The position numbers and the translations under genes are program-made. 29,459 nucleotides of DNA. Source: a virus. Below, piece after piece: positions 17,263 to 24,908 of the stretch (positions within the stretch are counted from its first letter, which is position 1; each line of letters begins with the position of its first letter). Location of the stretch: positions 1 to 29,459 of the IMG/VR virus record IMGVR_UViG_3300016476_000088. One strand, given 5' to 3'. The notes below the pieces were generated by a model. The model saw nothing but the letters and a program-made list of their open reading frames with translations. It had not been told where the DNA came from and made no database searches.

Positions 17263-18144
17263 TTAATCTACTAACAAATCTCTAATTAAGTTAGAAATTT
17301 GCATCAAGGCAACATTATTGATTAAATTCCAGACTAAACCCATATCTCCCATTGGCGGATTATCTTGTAATCTTTTTGGTTTGCCATTGGTATCTCTAAC
17401 CGCTTCGTAGCCTAACGTACAACGGCAATTGATAACATCGCCAGCTGATCCGCTTGGATCGCAAGGATGTAACATTTGCTCAAAACCTCCGTTCTTAGTT
17501 TTAACATTAAATTTTTCATCGTAAGGTATTTTAACTCCATCCATATGATAATGATCAAATTGATCACGAGGTACACGTCTTGTTCTATTATCTTTTGCAG
17601 CAATCCATTCCTTCATAGTTACTAACCCAGTTGCAGCAGTTCCTACCATTGAACCAATGTTCGCTGCCCTCCCAGTTTCAGTCCTTGCAATCATCTCTGC
17701 TCGATAATCGGTAATACCAGCCGTTCTTAATAGCTTGATTGTTTCTTGCATTGTCAAACCTTCTTCAACCGACTTAATCAAATATTGCTGAATTTGGTTC
17801 TTTGTTGTTTGTGTAATCTCTGCGGCTATATTGTCCAATCCTTTTAGTTCAAGGTAAGTAAGCATCACATAAGTAAATAAATCCGTTTGTTTGCTTTTAA
17901 ATTCTTGTGGACCACAATAACCCTTTACCGACTTTGATACGTTCTTTTCTGCTATTTGCGCCATCTTAACACCCATTGCAATATGTAATTGTTGGATTGT
18001 CTTTTTGATGCCTTTGTCGCTGATTGCGTTCATATCTTGCGTGTCGCAATAAACGTTTACCTGCCTTTGTAATTCTTTCTTGAACTTAGGCGAGTATGTT
18101 TTTAATGCGTTAGCATAAAGTTTTTTGTAATCTTGCCAGATCAT
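17263..18144 (-). CDS. Minor head protein, Mu F / SPP1 gp7-like
   Basis: ARTETGRAANIGS...WIAAKDNRTRRVPRDQFDHYHMDG...INCRC are the Phage_Mu_F hallmarks. Confidence 0.8.
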   Translation of the reverse strand: MIWQDYKKLYANALKTYSPKFKKELQRQVNVYCDTQDMNAISDKGIKKTIQQLHIAMGVKMAQIAEKNVSKSVKGYCGPQEFKSKQTDLFTYVMLTYLELKGLDNIAAEITQTTKNQIQQYLIKSVEEGLTMQETIKLLRTAGITDYRAEMIARTETGRAANIGSMVGTAATGLVTMKEWIAAKDNRTRRVPRDQFDHYHMDGVKIPYDEKFNVKTKNGGFEQMLHPCDPSGSAGDVINCRCTLGYEAVRDTNGKPKRLQDNPPMGDMGLVWNLINNVALMQISNLIRDLLVD

Positions 18145-18515
18145 TTATTTGGATTGTATGCCCAATTCTTTAAGGATATATCCCTTTTAGAAGGACAAGT
18201 TTTATTAACTGGTTCTCCTTGCTCCATATTTTTCATCCTACTAACAAAGCTAATCGTTCTATTTGCCGACTTAACTTCATTTGCACCCCAATCTGCCTTC
18301 TTTGTACTCAATAGCTTTAAGTTCCTATTGATCGGGCTTCTATCCAAAGACGCTAATTTTGAACACTCGGTCTTTGACCAAGCCTCTAACTCCGAATAAG
18401 ACATATTTACTGTGTCGTGGTATTTAGCGTAAACTTCATCCACAATCTCGCTTAAGTCTTTTTTTAACTCAACTTTAAGATCAAACAATAAATCTAAGAT
18501 GTCTTGACTATTCAT
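18141..18515 (-). CDS. DUF3140-like small protein inside the head morphogenesis module
   Basis: MSYSELEAWSKTECSK...LLSTKKADW...VKSANRTISFVSRM resembles the DUF3140 pattern as I recall it (M...EL..WL.T..S...iL.KKk.D....v.syv.Rh). Confidence 0.35.
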   Translation of the reverse strand: MNSQDILDLLFDLKVELKKDLSEIVDEVYAKYHDTVNMSYSELEAWSKTECSKLASLDRSPINRNLKLLSTKKADWGANEVKSANRTISFVSRMKNMEQGEPVNKTCPSKRDISLKNWAYNPNK

Positions 18516-19887
18516 TTGGTATGTTTAAAGGTTGAAAATCATCTGGAGTCTGTAAGTTAGATGGGATGTATAGCTTTTCCATTTCTGCCTCATCAACGTA
18601 TGGAGGTATTTCTAATCCCATAATATCCATCTTTTGCTTAGGAGCAATCCACCACGCTTTATCTAACCAATCTACTTGCTCTGCTTTGTTAGCTTCTAAT
18701 TCTCCGTAAACAGTAGCATCGAAGTCCACATAAATATTTGTGCCTCTATAACCCCAATCAGAATGTAATTTTCTGTTTAGGTTATCTCTAATACCAGTAA
18801 GCAAAGGAATAGCACAACGTAAAGTCAATGCTTTTTCTCCTTCTCTTTGGTTATTATAAGTCTTGTTATCGCTATCGTTTAAAAGTTGAGCAGGTACTCC
18901 GTAAATGTTACAAAGCGCCTTCATATCCCACTTTTCACTTTCTATGATGTCTAATTCAACTGGACTTAATCCGATTTGCTTCCAATCTACCTTGTAACCA
19001 CTTACCGCAATAGAATTAAAATTAGCTGAACCACCTTTTTCACTTACCGCCTTTTTAAGCGCTTGTGCTTGTTGTGTACCGCTAATTGGATCAAAGCGTT
19101 CATCATTCATAAAAAGTACTCCAGCTGGACCACCATTCTGGAAGGAAGCAACTGCTGCAGTCTTCGCTTCGTTCGAACGAGTCAAGTTTTTCGCCGCAGC
19201 CATCAAAGGAGATTGACCATATAGTTGATTCCCAGTTGTATTCCATTGTGGGTTAAAGTATTTATCTTGAAGAATTTCTTGTTTAGTAAAGTTCCAAAGT
19301 GGACCATAGTTCAATTGGTAACCTGCAATTGTTGGAGGGAAGTTTTGTATGTCAGCTAATACGTACATATATTGAGAAGGCAATACATACATTTCGTAAG
19401 GTTTCCCAGTATTATTACCGCCTTCAATCATCTTTGCGTAAATGAAAGAATTACCAGTAATCAACTTAAACGCACACCACGCTTCCACGAAATCGCCAAA
19501 TGTATCTTCTCCGTTAGGATATTTCAATAACTCATTTAATCTTGCATCGCCAGTATATAATTCAAAAGCCTTTTTATGTAACTTTTCTATATCTTTCCAG
19601 TTTTCAATCTTATCTGGTTGGCTCATTAAAGCCTTGTATTTTTTAGCAGCTACTTCATCAACTACCTTGTAAACGTGGAATGGTGCAAGTTTTGCTTTAT
19701 CTGTAATTAACTTTACAATTGAGTAAACAATATCGTTTGCAGAATATCCATCACGAACAAAGCTAATGTTATCGCCTCCTTGCCAAGTTACAATCCCTTG
19801 CTGGATAGCTACTTGTCCATTGAAAGGTATTTGTGGTAAAACAGTAGATAGTTTTTGTCTTTTAGTAAAAAAGTCAAGTAATCCCAT
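18508..19887 (-). CDS. Portal protein
   Basis: 459 aa, located directly downstream of the large terminase and upstream of the MuF-like protein. Confidence 0.85.
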   Translation of the reverse strand: MGLLDFFTKRQKLSTVLPQIPFNGQVAIQQGIVTWQGGDNISFVRDGYSANDIVYSIVKLITDKAKLAPFHVYKVVDEVAAKKYKALMSQPDKIENWKDIEKLHKKAFELYTGDARLNELLKYPNGEDTFGDFVEAWCAFKLITGNSFIYAKMIEGGNNTGKPYEMYVLPSQYMYVLADIQNFPPTIAGYQLNYGPLWNFTKQEILQDKYFNPQWNTTGNQLYGQSPLMAAAKNLTRSNEAKTAAVASFQNGGPAGVLFMNDERFDPISGTQQAQALKKAVSEKGGSANFNSIAVSGYKVDWKQIGLSPVELDIIESEKWDMKALCNIYGVPAQLLNDSDNKTYNNQREGEKALTLRCAIPLLTGIRDNLNRKLHSDWGYRGTNIYVDFDATVYGELEANKAEQVDWLDKAWWIAPKQKMDIMGLEIPPYVDEAEMEKLYIPSNLQTPDDFQPLNIPNE

Positions 19888-19922
19888 TATATATGAATTT
19901 TAACAAAGTTAGATAATTTATC

Positions 19923-21089
19923 CTAAAATACCGACACTTCAAATTTTGGCTTATTAAAGTGTGTGTAAACGGCATATCTACAAGCATCAATAGCATCATC
20001 ATTTGCCTTGACTGGTTCTTCTATGATATTGTCGTTTTTATCTTTCTTCCATTTGTAGGACTGAAACTCACGCTTTAAGTTTTGACTATTGTAGTGTATG
20101 TTTATTGGATAAGACTTCATTTTCATAATCCCCGCCCATACATCCTTAACCGCTGGTTTAATGTTAAACCCTTGTCGGTATAGTTCCTCAATACTTTTAG
20201 GTTCAGCAGCATCCGCATATATTGTTGCACGTTCTGGTAGCTTCTCTCTAATAAGTCTTGCCAAATCACTTAACGTTAGTCCGCTTTGGTAAATTATCTC
20301 CTCAAAATAGTTTTGCCCTTCGTGATGCGTTACCTTGACTAATGCTGCTGGATGCACATAACCAAAGTCCAAACCATAGAATACATCCCCATCTGGCGCT
20401 TGGTCGTATTGCTTCCATTGAGTATATATAAGTTCTTTTGCTGCTCCTCTTTGCCCTAATCCGTACACCTTCCACATAAAGTCGTCTGGTAGGTCTTTGT
20501 ATTGCTCAATATTCCTTATTTGGCTTTCGCTTAGGTTAGATATGTTATTTAGATAAGTAGAATGGATGCGCTTGTTATTTGGATCATCCGCTACATCGTA
20601 AACCCAAGACACGAAGTCGGCAGGGTTCCAGTCTAAGAACACTTGTCCAGTTGTACGAATCAAAAGCTGGTCATAAAGCGCCTTACTAATAAGGTTTGCC
20701 TCGTTTACAAAAAGAATATCTCTCGCTGGTCCTTTTGCTTTATCTGGATCTTCAAGACCAAATAACTCTATGTATGAACCATTTTTAAACGTATAGATAA
20801 AATCGGTGTATTTAAAGTCGGCTTCATCCCATATACCCCATTGTTCCATTATGCCTTTAAAGTCCCTATAAACACCCCTTTTAATATGTGGTAGTGAGTG
20901 AGAAACGCACGAAATACGAATCTTTGGCGTAGTTAATGCTATGTGAATCAATAGTTGAACAACAGAATACGACTTTGAACTTCTTGATCCACCCTCGTTG
21001 CATATTACTGGATAACCAGCCTCGTATGCTTTCTTATTAGCATAAAATACTGGTGTAGCCTTAATCTTCAATTGGCTTACAATCTGCAT
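19923..21089 (-). CDS. terL: Terminase large subunit
   Basis: Walker A-like NEGGSRSSKSYS and Walker B-like ILFVNEAN. The C-terminal nuclease-like motifs are LDFGY and DDAIDACRYA. Confidence 0.9.
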   Translation of the reverse strand: MQIVSQLKIKATPVFYANKKAYEAGYPVICNEGGSRSSKSYSVVQLLIHIALTTPKIRISCVSHSLPHIKRGVYRDFKGIMEQWGIWDEADFKYTDFIYTFKNGSYIELFGLEDPDKAKGPARDILFVNEANLISKALYDQLLIRTTGQVFLDWNPADFVSWVYDVADDPNNKRIHSTYLNNISNLSESQIRNIEQYKDLPDDFMWKVYGLGQRGAAKELIYTQWKQYDQAPDGDVFYGLDFGYVHPAALVKVTHHEGQNYFEEIIYQSGLTLSDLARLIREKLPERATIYADAAEPKSIEELYRQGFNIKPAVKDVWAGIMKMKSYPINIHYNSQNLKREFQSYKWKKDKNDNIIEEPVKANDDAIDACRYAVYTHFNKPKFEVSVF

Positions 21090-21408
21090 CTGGTTCTATT
21101 GTGATTTGCACATTACCCTTAATGTCAGCGGTTATGTCTGTTGATTGCTTTGGTTTACCTTCTAATCGGTCTACTACTGCCTCGTATGCTCTTTGATCGC
21201 CTTTTAACGCTTTGGCTATCATTTGCATATCCATTAACTCAAGAACAGTAAATTCTTCTTCTTCGCCAGTTATAGGGTTGCGTTTCTTTTGCACTAAATC
21301 TAATAAACGCTTTAATCTTGTCTTACTATGTTCTGTTCCTTTAGGTTTACCAGCAGGATTCCCGCTTACTCCTTTAGGAAATGGTTTTAAATTTTGTTCG
21401 TTCGCCAT
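21061..21408 (-). CDS. terS: Terminase small subunit-like protein (DUF5681-type GNPxGKPKG motif)
   Basis: FPKGVSGNPAGKPKG...ALKGDQRAYEAVVDRLEGKP. It lies immediately upstream of TerL and overlaps it. Confidence 0.65.
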   Translation of the reverse strand: MANEQNLKPFPKGVSGNPAGKPKGTEHSKTRLKRLLDLVQKKRNPITGEEEEFTVLELMDMQMIAKALKGDQRAYEAVVDRLEGKPKQSTDITADIKGNVQITIEPDADCKPIED

Positions 21409-21429
21409 ATTCTTTGAATTTTCACTGAA

Positions 21430-21864
21430 TTACAAAGATACGCCACAATTAGGGCAAACTTTGCCTTTTTTAGTATTATCAATTGATTTTGGTTCTTCTA
21501 TCGTTGGTACAAGGAAATTTACATTCATCCCCCAATTACTCAAATCTTCTAACTCCCAATCTTCATTTGCTATAATATCCATATCCCAAGTTCCAAAATG
21601 TGTGTTATCAAGTACTAATATTTTTTTCTTTTGCTTCTCGGTTAAATCACGCATTACGATAACTGGCACATCTTGTATCCCTAACTCTAAACACACTCTA
21701 TAACGTTGATTCCCACCTAATATTACGTTATTCTCATCTAAAATTAACGGCTTAGCTTGTAATAGAGTTGGATCTTCGCTAATAGACTTTCTTAGTTTAG
21801 CAAACTCCTCTACATCAATCTTTCTTGGGTTCTTAGGATTTGGTTTGATTTCGTTGATGTTCAT
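21430..21864 (-). CDS. ParB-like nuclease domain protein
   Basis: I.PNPKNPRKI...LIL.ENNVILGGNQRY is the ParB N-terminal/sulfiredoxin-like motif. There is a single C-terminal CPNCG pair. Confidence 0.75.
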   Translation of the reverse strand: MNINEIKPNPKNPRKIDVEEFAKLRKSISEDPTLLQAKPLILDENNVILGGNQRYRVCLELGIQDVPVIVMRDLTEKQKKKILVLDNTHFGTWDMDIIANEDWELEDLSNWGMNVNFLVPTIEEPKSIDNTKKGKVCPNCGVSL

Positions 21865-22058
21865 TATCTGTTTTTTGTTGGTGTTCTTATTGATGCAGCT
21901 TGTGGCACTTCGTTTACTTTTAGGCTTTCAATACCTAAAGACTTAGCACATTGCCAACATTTTACTTTATGCTTTGGCAACTCGGATTCCCATACAAAAT
22001 CTTCCGTTAGCCTTCCGCATTTACATAAATAGCTTCTTTTACAATATGTGTCTTTCAT
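21864..22058 (-). CDS. Small zinc-ribbon protein
   Basis: CKCG...CWQC Cys pairs. It has TAATG coupling on both sides. Confidence 0.5.
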   Translation of the reverse strand: MKDTYCKRSYLCKCGRLTEDFVWESELPKHKVKCWQCAKSLGIESLKVNEVPQAASIRTPTKNR

Positions 22059-22177
22059 TATCTTCCTTGTTTACGATATGGTTTAACTGCCTTGTCCTTT
22101 GGACCGCTTGTCTTTTTGTACTTTCCACACTTCCTTTTACCGAATGATACTTTGTTTGAACTGCTAACTTTTGCCAT
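22058..22177 (-). CDS. 39-aa highly basic peptide
   Basis: Hand-translated as MAKVSSSNKVSFGKRKCGKYKKTSGPKDKAVKPYRKQGR. Its stop overlaps the next ATG (TAATG). It is below the track's length cut-off. Confidence 0.4.
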   Translation of the reverse strand: MAKVSSSNKVSFGKRKCGKYKKTSGPKDKAVKPYRKQGR

Positions 22178-22334
22178 TATAATTATTTATTAAGTCTGCC
22201 ATAAAATCGAACGCTTCTTCCTTTGTTTCTCCAAATATGTAATGCTTTACTCCCTCTATTACGCAAGTGTAACAAAAATAGCCGTTTATCTCCTCCTCTT
22301 GGCAAGTATCAAATATGTTGGATTGTAAAGTCAT
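22164..22334 (-). CDS. 56-aa hypothetical protein
   Basis: Hand-translated as MTLQSNIFDTCQEEEINGYFCYTCVIEGVKHYIFGETKEEAFDFMADLINNYNGKS. It has an ATGA overlap with the ninG-like stop. Confidence 0.4.
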   Translation of the reverse strand: MTLQSNIFDTCQEEEINGYFCYTCVIEGVKHYIFGETKEEAFDFMADLINNYNGKS

Positions 22335-22690
22335 TTATAACGTTCTATTATTTCTTCTAATTCACTTCTGGTCCATTTCTTTACTCTATTATTTACCGCC
22401 TCAAACTCTAATTCTTTAACCGCCTTTTCTCCTATTCTTTCAACTAATCCTATTCGGTACATTGCTTGGTTTCCGTGTTTATACATATTGCATCCAGCGC
22501 ACTGAAGATGGATATTCCATTCATTAAACCTTAAAGCACTAAAACCTTTTACACTAAAATAATGTCCAGCTTGGTTGCCATTCATACTTCCGCAACTAAT
22601 ACAAGGCAATCCTTCATCCCGTTTCCTTATGTAACTATTAACTACCTTTTGGGTTTTCTCTAATAGTTTTGGTAAAGGTATTAATGGCAT
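22331..22690 (-). CDS. ninG: NinG/Rap-like recombination endonuclease
   Basis: CISCGS...AGHY...LRFNEWNIHLQCAGCNMYKHGN...Y matches the lambda NinG family pattern. Confidence 0.75.
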   Translation of the reverse strand: MPLIPLPKLLEKTQKVVNSYIRKRDEGLPCISCGSMNGNQAGHYFSVKGFSALRFNEWNIHLQCAGCNMYKHGNQAMYRIGLVERIGEKAVKELEFEAVNNRVKKWTRSELEEIIERYK

Positions 22691-22705
22691 ATGGCAAAAT
22701 TAGGC

Positions 22706-22903
22706 TTACTTTTTCAATCTAACAACACATTCCCTATTTTGGTAAACGTATCGCTTTTTGTTTATTGGATTAATGTATTTCATAATTGTTTTGTAGTCAG
22801 TACCTATTGTTCTAATGGCTTTGGCTATTGATCTAAAGTGTATTTCTTCCTTATTGTCTAAAAATATTAATCTTATCTCTATGTTGTTGTTAATCCCAGT
22901 CAT
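22706..22903 (-). CDS. Orphan NUMOD1/IENR1-like helix-turn-helix protein (homing-endonuclease DNA-binding module without a nuclease domain)
   Basis: FRSIAKAIRTIGTDYKTIMKYIN fits the F.S..eAar.lG.....I..yi pattern found in the C-terminal DNA-binding domains of GIY-YIG and HNH endonucleases. Confidence 0.45.
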   Translation of the reverse strand: MTGINNNIEIRLIFLDNKEEIHFRSIAKAIRTIGTDYKTIMKYINPINKKRYVYQNRECVVRLKK

Positions 22904-22986
22904 ATCACTAATTTAAAAAATCCCCCACCTTTTCGACATAACTAACACCCCTATTAATTAATGATTAAATGTGGTGAGGGATAAGT

Positions 22987-23712
22987 TTATAATTGATTTT
23001 GTAAAAATAAGTATAAAACGTATCGCTTACACTCATTTTTTATAAATATTTCATTATTTAATTTATCTAAATCTCGTGGATGTTTAGCTATTGACTTATA
23101 ATGCGCTATAATCTTATTTTTTATTTGGTCAGCCTTCTCCTTGCTTAAATTTTCCTTATTTAACACCTTACGCTTCCATAATACATCAAAAGCCATCGTA
23201 TTTAGCAATTCCCAGCCTTTTTTAGCCGACTTCTCCCAGTTTTTATACAAAGCCTCAATAATCTCGTCATCTTCCAATTTTGGTACTTCTAATGGCGCAG
23301 GTTCAACATATGTCTTTTTTCGTACTTGTACCGCTATTGGTTTATAAGCTGCCATCACATCGCCAAAGAATTTAGGAGTAAATGTGATCGCCTTGTCCAC
23401 CGAAAGTTTACCCATTGCGTAAAGTTCAAAAGCTACTCCAAGTTCTTTTAGCTTAAACTGTCCGTAATTATTTATTACAAATTCACATAAAAACTGAAAT
23501 AACTCTATTGTAGGTACTTGACATCCGCTTAATGCTATGCAAGTCTTTAAATGCTCTTTAACCTCAATTGGAGAACAACGACTAATACCCATTGTTTCTA
23601 ATGCCGAAACGACTTTTAACTCATCTGGTTCGAGTTTATTATAAATCTCTAAGGGCATTGTATTGTTGCTCAGCGTAAGTTGGTTTGCGATTGTTGCTAA
23701 TTCCCGTTGCAT
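22987..23712 (-). CDS. Hypothetical replication-module protein, partner of the replisome organizer
   Basis: ORF-track protein. The annotated start overlaps the upstream gene by 74 nt. The alternative start MPLEIYNK at 23658 overlaps by only 20 nt. I recognised no motif. Confidence 0.5.
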   Translation of the reverse strand: MQRELATIANQLTLSNNTMPLEIYNKLEPDELKVVSALETMGISRCSPIEVKEHLKTCIALSGCQVPTIELFQFLCEFVINNYGQFKLKELGVAFELYAMGKLSVDKAITFTPKFFGDVMAAYKPIAVQVRKKTYVEPAPLEVPKLEDDEIIEALYKNWEKSAKKGWELLNTMAFDVLWKRKVLNKENLSKEKADQIKNKIIAHYKSIAKHPRDLDKLNNEIFIKNECKRYVLYLFLQNQL

Positions 23713-24364
23713 TCAATTCATTTTTAAGTGTGAAAAATCCTTTCCATCCTTTTGCCATTGATTGTTCTATTATTTTAATGGCAATTCCTTCTTCTCCATT
23801 TGATAAATTTACTAAGTCTTTTAAAGCAGCTTGTTCGCTTTGTGGAGTTGCGTATGTAAACTTAAATTGTTTTTTCTTATAATCCTTCCACATTGCCCAA
23901 TAATTTGAAAATTCTTCAGTTTCAAAAGGTAGCATTACCATTACCTTAACCTTATCCATTTCCTTATCCTTATCCATAACCATATCCTTGTCCCCTTGCA
24001 AGGGGCTTTCAAGGGGCTTAAAGTTCTCAATTTGATCTTTATACCTATCTAAATTTTTTATTATTGATGTGTGCGCTTTATTGTTTTCACTTAATCCACT
24101 TGGATATTGAAATTCAATAAAACTTGGTATAAACCATTTTGTCCCATTATCTAAAGGAATGATTTTATCTCCAAAAAATGATAAAGCCTTTTTTTCATCT
24201 AATTTTTCGCCAATCCTAATTTCAGCAACTTCTATGTCTACTTGCCAAATACCAGAATGATCGCAATCATCGCAAATGTATAACCAAAGTAGCTTGTAAG
24301 GGGCTTTCAAGGACCTTATAAATGGTTTTTTCCATTTTTCAGTATCTGTAAATCTCTTAGCCAT
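23639..24364 (-). CDS. Replisome-organizer-like replication initiation protein: two domains joined by a low-complexity KD/M linker
   Basis: The N-terminus FTDTEKWKKPFIRSLKAPYKLLWLYICDDCDHSGIW resembles the phage replisome organizer N-domain. The C-terminus is W..W..YKKKQFKF...II.QSMAKGWKGFF. The linker DNA carries the repeat cluster. Confidence 0.6.
   Translation of the reverse strand: MAKRFTDTEKWKKPFIRSLKAPYKLLWLYICDDCDHSGIWQVDIEVAEIRIGEKLDEKKALSFFGDKIIPLDNGTKWFIPSFIEFQYPSGLSENNKAHTSIIKNLDRYKDQIENFKPLESPLQGDKDMVMDKDKEMDKVKVMVMLPFETEEFSNYWAMWKDYKKKQFKFTYATPQSEQAALKDLVNLSNGEEGIAIKIIEQSMAKGWKGFFTLKNELNATGISNNRKPTYAEQQYNALRDL
23950..23978. repeat. Cluster of CCTTATCC / TTATCCAT repeats (DnaA-box-like) inside the organizer gene linker
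   Basis: CCTTATCC begins at 23950, 23962 and 23968. TTATCCATT is at 23952-23960, TTATCCTTA at 23964-23972 and TTATCCATA at 23970-23978. The last matches the TTATCCACA consensus at 8 of 9 positions. Confidence 0.6.
23992..24005. repeat. Perfect 14-bp palindrome CCCCTTGCAAGGGG
   Basis: Read directly from the sequence. It is a GC-rich island in AT-rich DNA, adjacent to the repeat cluster. Confidence 0.8.
24000..24019. repeat. Tandem AAGGGGCTT iterons spaced 11 bp apart (24000-24008 and 24011-24019). The first lies within the 15-mer AAGGGGCTTTCAAGG (24000-14).
   Basis: Read directly from the sequence. Confidence 0.75.
24298..24312. repeat. Distal copy of the 15-mer AAGGGGCTTTCAAGG. With flanks it is a 20-mer with one mismatch: 24293-24312 versus 23995-24014.
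   Basis: Read directly from the sequence. Both copies lie inside the organizer gene. Confidence 0.75.
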
Positions 24365-24370
24365 AAAAAT

Positions 24371-24425
24371 AAAAAAGCCCCATCAAATCCCTCCTATGTT
24401 GCAGATAGGAGTTCATCTCAAGGGC
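24371..24425 (-). terminator. Structured intergenic element (hairpin plus GGGGC-T6). It may be a terminator or a 5' leader.
   Basis: On the minus strand the stem is CTCCTAT/ATAGGAG (24391-24411) with loop CTGCAAC. A GCCC/GGGC closing pair follows, then TTTTTT. The geometry is not canonical. Confidence 0.3.
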
Positions 24426-24468
24426 AATAAGTTCTTAATAGGTCTGCAACACCTAATGCAAATATACA

Positions 24469-24663
24469 CTAAACCATTGAATAAGTAGCTATGTGCTTAT
24501 TATTTTTTAACTTGACAATCGTGGTTTTTATGTTCATACCATCGTTTCTAAGGTCTGCTATTCTTGCAGCTAAACGGAAACATCCGAACTTATTTAATGC
24601 TTGGATTGCAGTTAGGCTTTTGCCTTTTTCTAAATGTCTTTGGATTTGTGTTGTTTGGCTCAT
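24469..24663 (-). CDS. Small helix-turn-helix DNA-binding protein (HTH_39-like)
   Basis: LEKGKSLTAIQALNKFGCFRLAARIADLRNDGMNI fits the pattern G..lT...A...fG..RLaaRI.dLR..G..I. Confidence 0.6.
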   Translation of the reverse strand: MSQTTQIQRHLEKGKSLTAIQALNKFGCFRLAARIADLRNDGMNIKTTIVKLKNNKHIATYSMV

Positions 24664-24668
24664 AGTAG

Positions 24669-24860
24669 TTAATTATTTATTCTAAAATTATGTCCGAAAT
24701 ATTCCATTCCTTGTGTATCTCCATATCCTAATTCTTCTAAAAAATCTTCTAATTGTGCATCTGACATAGTATATATATCAGCTATTTTTTTAGATAATTC
24801 TTTAGTTGCAAGTAATATTGCTTGTTCCCTTGTTATATCAATTGTTGATTTCCATCCCAT
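24669..24860 (-). CDS. Hypothetical protein
   Basis: ORF on the coding strand. I recognised no motif. Confidence 0.4.
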   Translation of the reverse strand: MGWKSTIDITREQAILLATKELSKKIADIYTMSDAQLEDFLEELGYGDTQGMEYFGHNFRINN

Positions 24861-24908
24861 ATAGATAGTTTTAAAAGCGCTTAACGTTTTCGCCCAACGT
24901 GGGGGTTT

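Noticed and set aside
18436-18444. Isolated near-consensus DnaA boxes: TCATCCACA at about 18436-18444 and TTGTCCACA at about 28136-28144
   Set aside because: These are single 8-of-9 matches inside coding regions and are expected by chance. Only the clustered TTATCC repeats in the organizer gene are reported.
21212-21703. 163-aa plus-strand ORF
   Set aside because: It is antisense to the TerS-like and ParB-like genes, both of which have clear family motifs. Its composition is Ser/Phe/Leu-rich and low complexity, as expected for a shadow frame.
24365-24468. Possible tRNA or small RNA gene in the 104-nt gap
   Set aside because: I could draw no cloverleaf. There is no T-loop GTTCRANNC-type motif and no acceptor/T-arm pairing. 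The pairings present are better described as a hairpin and alternative-stem element.
1390-24685. All other plus-strand ORFs in the track: 1390-1614, 2556-2741, 5023-5238, 7707-7934, 12486-12830, 13639-13821, 14711-14980, 18133-18399, 19442-19672, 23141-23347, 23685-23882 and 24491-24685
   Set aside because: Each is fully contained in a better-supported minus-strand gene. None has recognisable motifs, and no plus-strand gene would have promoter or terminator context.
24861-24908. GC-rich patch (gcgcttaacgttttcgcccaacgtggggg) as a terminator
   Set aside because: Only 3-4-bp stems can be drawn and there is no convincing stem-plus-U-tract geometry. I left it unannotated.
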